Assembly (NCBI GenBank): GCA_904063045.1
Contig: CAJFCJ010000003.1
Coordinates: 1,240,001 to 1,304,000 of the forward strand
Length of the DNA: 64,000 nucleotides
Direction: 5' to 3'
DNA from: Dimorphilus gyrociliatus
Taxonomy: Eukaryota > Animalia > Annelida
Position 1 is the stretch's first letter; each line of letters begins with the position of its first letter. The notes beneath the pieces are model-generated. The model did no database searches and was not told the origin of the DNA. It saw nothing but the letters and a program-made list of their open reading frames with translations. Positions 1 to 12,512 of this stretch are shown piece by piece. The position numbers and the translations under genes were made by a program.

Positions 1-412
1 ATAAAAATGTTTCATTCATCAAATGTTTCGTAATCTTCGTTACGCTGATCTCGATATTTAACAGACTAACAAAAAATGGTTTAACACTATATTTATTTCA
101 CTATAAATTTCTCTACCTATAACTAAGTTCCTTCGCTGTTTTTCCCTCTTTTAATTCCTGGTTTACAGCAAATAATAAAGTACATTATAAAGGGTTCTTT
201 GACATTTTCTAAAGTATAAGTGATAAAAAACAGGAAGCATTCACATGTTCAAGTGATCAAAAATTTCAATTCCTTATTGATAAATGTTCTCTTTCACTCT
301 AAAGTATTTTGTGAAACAACTTCATATATGAATTTTGCAGATATTATTTTATCAAAAGTTTTTATTCATATTTTTTATTTCTTTTCTCTGATTTAAAGCT
401 AGTTGTGATAAA

Positions 413-2215
413 ATGCTTTCTATCAGTCACGCTTGTAAGTTGCTTTTTTGTCATTATTTCTTACTTTTCGTTGAGGGGCTAAGAAAAACTGGTCAATGTG
501 AAGTTCAACACTGCAAAGTTGAAGAGTGGAGCAGTTGGTCACAATGTTCTACAGTATGTAATAATGAAGGTAACACTACCAGAGTCAGAAAAGTGTCTGT
601 TGAAGCATTTTGTGGAGGAACTGTCTGTCCTCCTCTAAGAGAAGTTCGACCGTGTCAGTCTTTATGCATACATGGAAATATCGAAGAAGAAGGCTTCTGC
701 AAATGCAATCCAGGATGGATGGGAAACTGTTGTCATATAGGTAAGTCAATCAAAAATGTAATCATTTCATTGTAACAACTAATCAAATCTCAACTGTTTT
801 GTTGTAGATATTGATGAATGTAACAAGACAACCACGTGTAAATACATATGCAAGAATACTGAAGGATCGTATCAATGTTTATGTCCTTCCGGTCACAAAA
901 CGGTAGGAAATGAGTGTATAGGTATAAACGCATACATTATCTCTTTTAATCATCCAATACATTACAATGTATTTGCTTCAATAAAGATATTGACGAGTGT
1001 TCATTGGACATGTGTGATCAACGCTGCAAGAACTCGATTGGTTCTTTTACTTGTAGTTGTGAAGAAGGATACAAGTTAACAGAAGATCTAGTGCATTGCG
1101 AAGAAGTCAACGATTGTTCAATAGATAATAAATGTCATCAATTGTGCATTAAGGATGAAAACAATGATGACAAATGCTTATGTAGATATGGATTCTATTA
1201 TTCGAGTATAAAGCAGAAATGTTATGGTAAATATTCAATTGATGAGGAATAATTAGGATAATTTGTTATCTCTCTCTCTCTCTTTTAAATTCCAATTAAT
1301 AAATTGCAGATATTGATGAGTGTTTGGCAAATGATAAAGTCTGTGATCACAATTGCACTAATACTGCTGGTTCCTTCATTTGTAAATGTAATGAAGGATA
1401 TAAGACAATAAACAAAGGAAGAACTTGCCAGGATATAGATGAATGTAAGGAATTTGTAACAAATTGTCCATTTTTTTGTGAAAATACTCCTGGCTCATAT
1501 AAATGTTCATGTCCAGTCGGTTTTCAGTTAGATCCATTTACTTCGAGATGTCAAGGTAAAATATATTCTTTTCCTCTGTCTCTCTCTCCCTCACTCGCTT
1601 TCTCTATGTGCAGTTGTATTATGAACAAGTTTATATTCTCTTTAGATATAGATGAATGCCAGACTGAAAGTCATGGCTGTGGGGATAGTTGCATCAATAC
1701 TCATGGAAGTTTTCGCTGCACATGTAAAGACGGATTTAGTGCGGTGAATGGTACATGTAAAGAGGGTAATGGACAACAACTAATTAGTTGATTTTCATAA
1801 AAACAACTTACTTTTGCTTTCGTTTTCAGATAAAAAATTGCCAGTTGATGAAAATTCTGAACTGGATCTTAAATATATTATTTCAATAGTAGTATCGGTC
1901 TGCATTTTTCTGTTCCTGATTTTGTTAATCTATAAATTAGGAAAAAGACACGGAAGAAGAAATAAAAATGGAGCGAAAATAAGAAGAAATATGAAAAGAA
2001 AAAGGACAGTATCTGTAAAAATAGGGAGGAGAGAAAGAAACAAAGAAGGAATAAAAGAAATAGACGAAAATCAAATTGGCTATTTGAAAATTGTGTCATT
2101 ACAGCAATCACTACCTCCAGTACCACCATTGCCTCTAGAACAACCAGTACCATCAGAAGCTAATATTACGAGAACAAATACAATAAAGGTTGTCTTTGAA
2201 AAAGATGATAATTAG
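413..2215 (+). CDS. Gene A1: type I membrane protein with signal peptide, TSP1, EGF, 6 EGF/cbEGF, TM and long tail (~477 aa)
   Basis: Exons 413-740, 808-921, 987-1226, 1310-1555, 1646-1765, 1830-2215 with GT-AG introns sum to 1434 nt. WSSWSQC..R.R TSP1 motif, repeated DIDEC...C.N..GS..C.C cbEGF motifs, TM IISIVVSVCIFLFLILLIY, tail with IGYLKI and PPVPPLP. Confidence 0.9.
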
Positions 2216-2748
2216 AAAACACTATAATATTTATTTAATTTTTGAGCCGAAAGTAAGAATCTGTCTTGTTATTGATTTTTCCATCTCTTTATAAATAAAT
2301 GCATTATCATTTTTAATGGTGGGCTATCATATAGAACATTTAATGATTCGCTTTTTATCATTAATTGACCGAAATATAGAAATCATACCAGCCTGTAATA
2401 CAATAATTACAATAAATATTCTAATTTGTCTTTCTAAGTAATAGCTCTTTGACAATTTGCAAAATGATTTATTTTATTAATAAAAAGATTTGATTTAACA
2501 GCAAATTTTCTTCATTCTACGTTATTGACATTCTAGTTATTTCAAATTCTTATTACTTCTTACAGGAAAGTTATTTTCTACTAAAACTTCTCTTTCTATG
2601 GTGTAGTAATTTTGAAAAAGGATATAAATTCTTTATATTGAATGTGTATGCTTTTCAAATATTATATATATTTAAAAATATACATAATTATTACAGGATA
2701 GTATTCGTCATATAAAAATTCTAACCTTAGAAAGGAGATTGAAATGAA

Positions 2749-4560
2749 ATGAAACTCTTCAATGTTTTTTGTGTCTTTCTCATGTTTCTTATGTTATTCT
2801 GCAAATGTCAATCCAGATGCCGGAAAAATCAATGGAGTCATTGGAGCATTTGTTCCAAACCGTGTGGTCCTAATAGTATAAAAACAAGAATTTGTAGAGT
2901 AATCTCTCACTGTACGAATAGGACAAACTGTCAGCGTCCAATGCAAACTGTCTTTTGCCCTAGCGAATGTTATAATGGTCATGCTATCACTAATAAATGC
3001 CAGTGTAAAGATGGATGGATGGGAGAATGCTGCAACAAAGGTAATTAATTAGCGTTAAACGTTATCAAACACAGAGTTTCCTACTAATCCTATTATCTGA
3101 ACTTCAGATGTCAATGAATGTTTACAAAATAACAAACTTTGCAACCCAAATGTTTGTATAAATACAGTTGGAAGCTATAAATGTTCCTGTCATGCGGGAT
3201 ACGAAGAAGAGGATGGAGCTTGTACAGGTATTTACTGTTAATTAATAAACTATGATTCTGCAACACATTCTCTATTCAATCGTCTATTTTTTTGAATAGA
3301 TATTGACGAATGTTCAGGGAACGTATGCGATCAAATCTGTACAAATACTGAAGGAAGTTACAAATGCTCATGTCGTGAAGGTTATCTTTTGAGTGATGAT
3401 AATAGAAAATGTATTATTGGTAACATGTGTAAAAATAGTAACCACAACTGCGATCATATTTGCGTCAGTAAGCCTGACGGTAGCTATTCTTGTAAATGTA
3501 AATTGGGATATTACGAACAAAATAATTCTACAAAATGCTTAGGTTCAGTTCTAATTTCTTCATCCAAAATTTCTATCATTTTCATCACAATCATTCAATT
3601 TCCGTGTCTTCCAATAGATATCGACGAATGTTTGTTATCTTTACATAATTGTAATCAGCTATGCATAAATACTCCTGGATCGTATAAATGCAGTTGTAAA
3701 TCTGGCTTTAAAACGAACAATAATGGTTTAAATTGCAGTGATATTGATGAATGTGCTGATATTTCCATACACTGCGACTATCAGTGTAAAAATACACCTG
3801 GTTCTTTTGAATGTTTATGTCCATCTGGCTTTAAACTTTTATCAGATAAGCGAACTTGTCAAGGTAAAGACGACATGTAATTTATTGAGAGATATATAAC
3901 ACATATTGAACATTACTGAATATAGATATCAATGAATGCAAAGAAAATTCAAACGTTTGTCAACATCAATGTAACAATTTAAATGGAACATACTATTGTT
4001 CATGTCAACCTGGCTATTACACTTCGTCATCCGGATGCGAAAGTTTCTATTTATTATGTTTAATTATGAATATTTTCTATTAAATGAACTACTTTCATTG
4101 CTCAAAAAGGCTATTAATGAAATAATATAAATGAATATATCTTTTTCAGAATTACCAGTAACAGAGAAAACTGAAAAAAAGACATCAGATTCTAAACTAT
4201 CTACTGGTTATATGATATTGATAACTGGTGTTACTATTTTAATAGCTATTTCAGTTGGAATTGGGATTGTCTTTATCAAGAAAAGAATAGCAAAAAGGTA
4301 TGAGTAAGCATATCCTTATTAAGTTTTTATATTAAATATTCTATTTACATAAAAGATCGAGCATAGGAGCTATACCATCACTACCACACTCTCTTTCGGA
4401 AGATTTGGGAGCAGCAACGTCTGGTCTCAATTTTGAATTTAATAGAAAGCTACAAAGTATATTATGCTTAAAATTAGTTTCTTTTCAATATTTTAAAAAT
4501 CAAATCGCCATTTTGTTTCAGTTGTACAAAACATTTATCATGTTAGTTAATTTTGAGTAG
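2749..4560 (+). CDS. Gene A2: TSP1-EGF-cbEGF type I membrane protein (~456 aa)
   Basis: Exons 2749-3040, 3108-3227, 3300-3542, 3618-3863, 3926-4042, 4150-4297, 4356-4560 sum to 1371 nt. Signal peptide [49 protein letters not shown]. The last exon end is less certain. Confidence 0.85.
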
Positions 4561-5044
4561 GAAAAAGGGATGTTCAAGATGATAATGAACTTATTGTGAT
4601 GTTTCTTGTTTATATCTCCATCATTAATAAATATATTGAGAAATGATATACCGCATAATTCCAGTCCAGATTACAAAATACATTTTGAGATGATATCAAC
4701 ATATTGCTGAAATATTTTTGAATATTTTCATTTATTTTAAATCTCATTAAAGTCTTCATTTATTAGTTTTAATTTCTTAAAAATACACTAGTTACGTGAT
4801 TGCGAGATAGAAGCTCGACGTAGCGCTTACTCTTTCCTTTAATTTATTACTCTACTTTAATATATCACTTATTACATGTGTATAATCTTCAAAGGGAAAT
4901 GACGTAAACGAAAAGTAAATTTTAATATTCCGTCGGATATATATTTATAATAAGTGTTCAATTAGATATAACACAAAGATAAGGATATGAATGAACAACA
5001 TAAAGAATGTATCGATGATTGAGAACTCTCCCTTTGCTCTTTTA

Positions 5045-6610
5045 TTATTGTGGACATACATAAGGTTCCACAATCTTTGTCTCTTTCTTTGATTTTTTTA
5101 CTTTCCAAATTTTATAAGTAATAACACCAGAGATTAAAATTAACACCAAAAAACTTAGAATAGCTATAAGTGCTATATATCTTCCATTATCATTATCTTC
5201 AACGGTTACTATTTCTTGTTCAATTTCTATTAGAATAAGAAAAGAATATAAATAAATATTTCCACGCAATTAAAAATCATTAACCTTTGCATGATCCATT
5301 AAAAGAGCGATAAAATCCCAGTGAACAGGAACAGTAATATGATCCATATATGTTATTACAAATCGAACAATTTTTAATATCAGTTTCTTTTGAGCATTCA
5401 TCAATATCTGAATGTAACAGAGATACTTAATGAATTATTGTGATTGAAGAAAAGTTTAGCTCAATAATTGTTTTCCTACCTAAACAGGTTTTTCCGTCAG
5501 TTGATAAATGTAAACCGGGCGGACAAGAACAGTTATATCCTCCGTCATAATTAATACAAAGAAAGCTACATTGTGTATCTTGAACACGACATTCATTAAT
5601 ATCAGTACAAGTTCTTCCTTCGTCCATAGTTGTAAAACCTTTTTCACATTCACACCTATATTTACCAGGTAGATTTATACATTTGTGAGCACAATCGTCA
5701 TGTTTCAAAAGGCATTCGTCGACGTCTACATTAGAGAATCAGAAGAAAATGAAAGAATTCATTTTTGACAATTAGTTCCAATAATCAGATTTCATAGTTA
5801 CCTTGACATTTCTTGTTATCTCCTTCTGGAATGTAAAAGCCGGACCTACATTTACATTCGTAACCTTCGCGTTTCTTGATACAAATTTGATCGCAATCGT
5901 GCTTCACAAGACATTCATTGTCTACATTGCAGGATCGCAAATCTTCTGCGAGCTTATATCCTGGTATATTACATTCGCAAACGACAGATCCAATGGTATT
6001 TGTACATTTTTGTTCACACCAATTTTGCGCGCATTCGTCTATGTCTATAATTAATCATAGCTGTAATTGTAGTTAATCTATAAGAACTCGAGAATAGAAA
6101 CGTTTTTTTCACCTTGACATTGACTAGATCCTATCATTTTGAAGCCAGGTTTGCATAAACATTTAAATGATCCAATTAGGTTTAGACATATTTGCTGACA
6201 ACGATTAGCATCATTGCATTCATCAACATCTTAATGAAGGAGAAATATAATAAAAAATTATTTGATTATTAATAATAGATGATATAGACTGTACCCAAAT
6301 GGCAACAATGACCTTGCCATCCGATATTACATTTGCATGTGCCTTTTTCTAGCCTGCCTTGTCCACATCGCCGATTACATGGACGCTCCTCTTGAAGATG
6401 ATAACACGGCCTTCCCCCACAAGCATTGCCATGTATAAGAGACCGTGTTCTGATTGAGATTCCGTCTGGTCCACATGGATGGTTACAAGTTGTCCATGGA
6501 TTCCATTCTCTCTCTCGACAATGAACAAGGTTACATCTGCGGCGCCAAAAACCCTGGACAATCAAAGGAAATAGAATAAAGAGTATAAGTGTCAAACTTA
6601 TTTTTCTCAT
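5045..6610 (-). CDS. Gene A3: TSP1-EGF-cbEGF type I membrane protein (~408 aa)
   Basis: Exons 6610-6295, 6229-6113, 6044-5802, 5725-5480, 5407-5285, 5226-5045 sum to 1227 nt. Signal peptide then FWRRR, WNPWTTC, TM YIALIAILSFLVLILISGVITY. Confidence 0.9.
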
Positions 6611-7699
6611 AGCTGAAGCTCAAATGAGAAATGTTTTTAACATGAAGATTTAAAGGGTAAGTTCTCTCCAAAGTACCTAACATTTCAATAGAACTATTTT
6701 ATTATCTTCTTTAAAAGACTTCGCTATAAGAAATATGAGTAATAACTACTTTTAATTGAATTAAAATGTAAAGAAATGTTGCTCTTTTTTACAGTTTTTC
6801 CATAATTAAAGTAAGTTTATTACTCAACATTTTAATAATTCTTCATCAACAACTTAGGTCAGCATTAAATTTTTCCTTCTTACTTTTTCACAGGGTATTT
6901 AAAAAATATTGTTTCTAATAGATAATGTCTTAATATACTTTCAGCCAGGTTTTTGAACAAAATGCAGTTGAACTGCAAAAAAATTTTCCCATGTTGATTA
7001 TCTTGAAATTTTTTAGAAAACTTTCCTATTTTTTGTCTTGGTTTCAATAAGATTACATTGTAGCTAAACATATAGATGTCGCTTATTGTTGTGTTATTAT
7101 TAATAATTATTGCTAAATATTAATAGAATATTTTAATCTTATCCTTAAAACTTAACAATAATCCATATTTTTCCATATCCTCTTTTCCTTAACATCATAC
7201 TGTTTGCATTATCTAGTTTTATCATTGATAGACAATTACGTTGAAAACAGGAAGAGATTATCTACTAGTAATGTTATAATAATAACGTCTTGGTGAATTC
7301 CAATCAAATTCATGGACAAGATAATACATTAATGTTATCGAATATCTATTAGTATTTACTTAATCCAACAATTTCAATAAAACCTGGAATGTGTTGTTAA
7401 CAATCTGCGATAATAAACAAATATAATCTAATTGCAATAGAGAATCTTTAAACAGTTCGTAAATGAGACAATTTGCAAAACTGAGAGAAATCTAAAATAT
7501 ATCTATTATAGACATTTCAACTAGTAGTAAACTTTTCAATTACTATATACTTAGTATTATTGTGTTTTTCTTTGCCGTTGATTAATAAGGTTTAACAGAG
7601 GCTTATCACCCTATCACCCTATACTGTAAATTTAACATCAATGGTGGCTTGATTTATCGTTCTTCTCATTGGTTTAAGGAATTCGGAGCAACGAATTGA

Positions 7700-8404
7700 T
7701 AAATTTTGTTTATTCTAGTTTTTATGATTTCCTTTAATATTGAAAATTTAAATACTGAAAAGGGAAACTATTTTTCATTTGCTAATTGTCTATTAAGCGA
7801 ATGGTTGTCATGGACCTTATGTTCCCAACCTTGAGGTTTAGAAGACATCACTAATTGTACCAGGCAAATAATCCAAAAGCCGAAATGCAGAGGGTACCCA
7901 TGTAAAGATACAACATATCAAGAAAAACCCTTTAATATAGATTGCGGAAAAGGTATACTGAAAAGTGAGACTTGTGAATGTTCAACTAGATAGAAAGGAA
8001 AAATGCTGCAGTAAATTAATTAGACATCGATGAATGTTTTGAAAAGAAATGTTCACAAAATTGCACAAATACTATTGGATCATTTAATTGTTCTTGTACA
8101 CCTCCGTCTATTCTATTATCAGATGAGACATCTTGCAGTGAATGTAAAGTTGATCACACGTGTTCACAGCACTGCATTGCTGGTAGACATAACTATCATT
8201 GTAAATGTTTTAATGAATATTTACAATCACTTAGAAATCCTGGATATTTGTCGAAAAATGAAGGAAGATAATTTCTAGATATTATTGAATGGGAGAGTTT
8301 AACTGTACTTTGCAGTTACTTTTGTATTAGTACAGAAGGGTCATATTTTTGTCACTGTCCGAATGGCTTAAAATTGAATACAACAAACAAGGAAGTATGC
8401 GAAG
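7700..8404 (+). pseudogene. Decayed TSP1-EGF-cbEGF paralog
   Basis: Reads CLLSEWLSWTLCSQP*GLED...CRGYPC...CEC..R*KGK. TGA at 7832-7834 replaces a Cys codon and TAG at 7991-7993 replaces the GW Trp. There is a +1 frameshift before CC and a 13-nt intron remnant at 8011-8023. DIDECFEKKC... and DIIEW...CHCPNG EGF remnants follow, with no TM exon. Confidence 0.88.
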
Positions 8405-8773
8405 GTAATCTGTAATATTTGATATAGTATTTATAAAAGCGAAAGTACAAAGTACAATATATATCTTTTTAGTCATAAATAAATGAAGAAAGAAGTAAAA
8501 ATATATAAGTTTGCTTCTAATATTTTTTGAATTTTTTCTTTTTATTTCATTTTTGCAAGATCATAAATTTTGTTGCATCAGATATGTGAATTAGCAGGGT
8601 TTAAATACAAGAACTCTTAGCTATAGCCAATCAATCAATGCTGGCAACTTAACTAGCAAATATAGAACGTCATTATTTAAAAGTATTGATTTTCAATAAA
8701 ATCGATAAAATATGGAATTAAGGTGTAGAGATATGCAGTGTTCAATTCCGTAGTTATGCTTACCAACTTCTTA

Positions 8774-10352
8774 TTAAGGTGTTCGACCATTCTGCTGATA
8801 TCTAGCTCGACATCGACATAGAGCTCTTCGTTTAAAATACACAGCTCCACACACAGGGATAGTTATTACCAGAAAAATTAAACATACTACAATAGCGATA
8901 TATGTTGCATCGTTATTTTCTTCAGCCACAATAACTTCCTGGGTTATCTCTATTAATATAAAATACATATATTTATATATATATACTGTACATATATATT
9001 TCAACGCTAACTTGTACACGTGCCGTTATCTGTCATATAATATCCAGTAGTACAAGAACAGAAATACGATCCGTAAATGTTTTTGCAACTCGGACAGTTT
9101 TCAGGTAAATTTGGGGATAAGCACTCATCAACGTCTGATTGTAATATGTGATATTAGATGTCGTACTAATTGGAATAAAATGGTGGGCTTCTTTCATTAA
9201 TTTACTTCTTACCTGAGCAAGTTTCATCATCGTCATTTAGCATTAGACCAGGTGGACAGGTGCAATTATATCCTCCTTGATAGTTTTTGCAAAAGAAACT
9301 ACATTGAATAGTTTCGATCCTACATTCATTAATATCAGTACAAGTTCTTCCTTCGTCCATAGTTGTAAAACCTTTTTCACATTCACACCTATATTTACCA
9401 GGTAGATTTATACATTTGTGAGCACAATCGTCATGTTTCAAAAGGCATTCGTCGACGTCTACATTAGAGAATCAGAAGAAAATGAAAGAATTCATTTTTG
9501 ACAATTAGTTCCAATAATCAGATTTCATAGTTACCTTGACATTTCTTGCTATCTCCTTCTGGAATGTAAAAGCCGGACCTACATTTACATTCGTAACCTT
9601 CGCGTTTCTTGATACAAATTTGATCGCAATCGTGCTTCACAAGACATTCATTGTCTACATTGCAGGATCGCAAATCTTCTGCGAGCTTATATCCTGGTAT
9701 ATTACATTCGCAAACGACAGATCCAATGGTATTTGTACATTTTTGTTCACACCAATTTTGCGCGCATTCGTCTATATCTATAAAAATAGAAAATATAAGA
9801 TATATTAAGCTTTTTCTATAAAGATGTTTTGAACAGAAATTGATACCTGCACACTGACTGGGCCCAACTTTCTGGAAACCAGGTCTACATAAACATTCAA
9901 ATGATCCAATAGTATTTTGGCATATGTGTTGACAGCGTCCTTTATCTACACACTCATCGACATCTTCAGAAAGAAATGAAACGAAAATTAAGAAAAAGCG
10001 TTAAAAATAAAATAAAGAAAGATTTACCCAAATGACAGCAGTGACCTTGCCATCCTGGATTGCAATGGCACAAATTACCAATCAGTTTTCCCTGTCCACA
10101 ATTCCGATTGCATGCGCGAGTTTCTTCGGTTGCTGCACAAGCTGTCCCACCACACGTAGGAGCAACTGCGATATGTCGTGTTCTTCTGGAGATCCCCTGC
10201 GTACCACATGGATGAGAACATGTTGTCCAAGGATTCCATGCTGCTAATTGGCAATCACGACGACCGCATCTTCTTCTTCTTCTTCTTCTCCAGAAGCCCG
10301 TATTAAATTGCAGTAAAACTAGTAGAATAGCTAGTATCAATAAAATTCGCAT
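8774..10352 (-). CDS. Gene A4: TSP1-EGF-cbEGF type I membrane protein (~409 aa)
   Basis: Exons 10352-10028, 9963-9847, 9777-9535, 9458-9213, 9134-9012, 8949-8774 sum to 1230 nt. MRILLILAILLVLLQFNTG then FW-R7-C, WNPWTTC, TM YIAIVVCLIFLVITIPVCGAVYF. Confidence 0.9.
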
Positions 10353-10749
10353 ACTATAAGTTAGAAGTATTTGCCAGGATGAATCGTAAATTGTATTAAT
10401 TTCCAATAGAATTAACTTGTTTATAATCCTCAAATTCACATCCAATAATGGTTAGAATGAAATTTCAAGAAAAAGTCGTCAAGATGGTCGAATTCTGAGT
10501 TTGAATCAAACAAATACATACGCTAAAGCCTTTCTTTACAGGACAGAAAGAATTTCTATAGTATATAAATAGATAAATTACAATTTGGTTACTGCGATTT
10601 CTATGTATTCAAACACAAATTATTTCAACTTCATTCTTTCCTTAATCCTTTGGATTTATTAGTCATTGGTTAATAAACTTCCTGATTCGTGTCACGCTCA
10701 GCGCTAACCGAAGATAGTTGACAATTATCATATTTAACTAAATGCTTAA

Positions 10750-12512
10750 ATGAAGTTTTTTGGTCTTTCGTTTATCTTCAAATTATTTATTGTATTATTT
10801 ATTATAAATGAGAGCGATTGTATCCACCGTAGATGTCACAAGCAGAACTGTTTATTACAAGAATGGACTCAATGGGACACTTGTTCCAAACCATGTGGCC
10901 CCGATGGTAGACAAACAAGAAGTCGTAAAGTTCTTATTCCAGCTTCTTGTGCTGGAAACCCATGTGGACATTTGTATGAAGAACGACCTTGCAATAGATA
11001 TTGTGTAAATGGTATATATAAGGATGACATATGTAAATGTAATGATGGATGGATTGGAAAATGTTGCAATAAAGGTAATTGGCTTATTATTCTTTCCAAG
11101 TACAAGATATTTTTTTTAAATACAGATATCAATGAATGTTTAGATAGTACAAAAATTTGCCACCCAAATGTTTGTATAAATACAGTTGGAAGCTATAAAT
11201 GTTCCTGTCATGCGGGATACGAAGAAGAGGATGGAGCTTGTACAGGTATTTACTGTTAATTAATAAACTATGATTCTGCAACACATTCTCTATTCAATCG
11301 TCTATTTTTTTGAATAGATATTGACGAATGTTCAGGGAACGTATGCGATCAAATCTGTACAAATACTGAAGGAAGTTATAAATGCTCATGTCGTGAAGGT
11401 TACATTCTGAATAATTTGAAAAGTAAATGTATTATTGGTGACTTTTGTAAAAATGGTGAACATAACTGCGATCATATTTGCGTCAGTAAGCCTGACGGTA
11501 GCTATTCTTGTAAATGTAAATTGGGATATTACGAACAAAATAATTCTACAAAATGCTTAGGTTCAGTTCTAATTTCTTCATCCAAAATTTCTATCATTTT
11601 CATCACAATCATTCAATTTCCGTGTCTTCCAATAGATATCGACGAATGTTTGTTATCTTTACATAATTGTAATCAGCTATGCATAAATACTCCTGGATCG
11701 TATAAATGCAGTTGTAAATCTGGCTTTAAAACGAACAATAATGGTTTAAATTGCATTGATATTGATGAATGTGCTGATATTTCCATACACTGCGACTATC
11801 AGTGTAAAAATACACCTGGTTCTTTTGAATGTTTATGTCCATCTGGCTTTAAACTATTATCAGATAAGCGAACTTGTCAAGGTAAAGACGACATATAATT
11901 TATTGAGAGATATGTAACTAATATTGAACATTACTGAATATAGATATCAATGAATGCAAAGAAAATTCAAACGTTTGTCAACATCAATGTAACAATTTAA
12001 ATGGAACATACTATTGTTCATGTCAACCTGGCCATTATAATTTATCTTCCGGATGCGAAAGTTTCTATTTATTATGTTTAATTATGAATATTTGCTATTA
12101 AATAAGCTATTTTCATTGCACAAAAAGACTATTAATTAAAATAATGTAAATGAATATATCTTTTTCAGAATTACCAGTAACAGAGAAAACTGAACAAACG
12201 ACAACAGATTCTAAACTATCTACTGGATATATTATATTGATTGTAGTCATTATTGCGTTAATTATTACTACAATAGCAATTGGAACTGTCTGCTACAGGA
12301 GGATAAGGTATCAATTAATTAATGAGGTCATAATTTATGAAATATTTTGATTTTTGTATAGGCGTTATCGTAGGGCTACTCGAACGACGATCGGAGAGAA
12401 CCCTCCACCATATTCTCTTTCTGAGCAATCAGGTGTACCATATTGTTCTCCAGGACATTTAGATGTAACATGCCCTGACTATGTTAATTCAGAAAAGAAA
12501 TCAAGTATATAA
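10750..12512 (+). CDS. Gene A5: TSP1-EGF-cbEGF type I membrane protein (~446 aa)
   Basis: Exons 10750-11074, 11126-11245, 11318-11560, 11636-11881, 11944-12060, 12169-12307, 12362-12512 sum to 1341 nt. WTQWDTC, TM YIILIVVIIALIITTIAIGTVCY, tail with PPPY and DYVN. Confidence 0.9.

Noticed and set aside
1878-2153. Antisense hydrophobic ORF (91 aa) over the A1 tail, and antisense ORFs 5803-6054, 9536-9808 and 23131-25431
   Set aside because: Shadow ORFs of real genes on the opposite strand (purine-rich or coiled-coil codons), with no independent features.
6880-7500. Possible further decayed GPCR remnant on the - strand between A3 and the pseudogene
   Set aside because: Only vague resemblance (SSTAFC, KI). 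No diagnostic TM3 or TM7 motif was recoverable.
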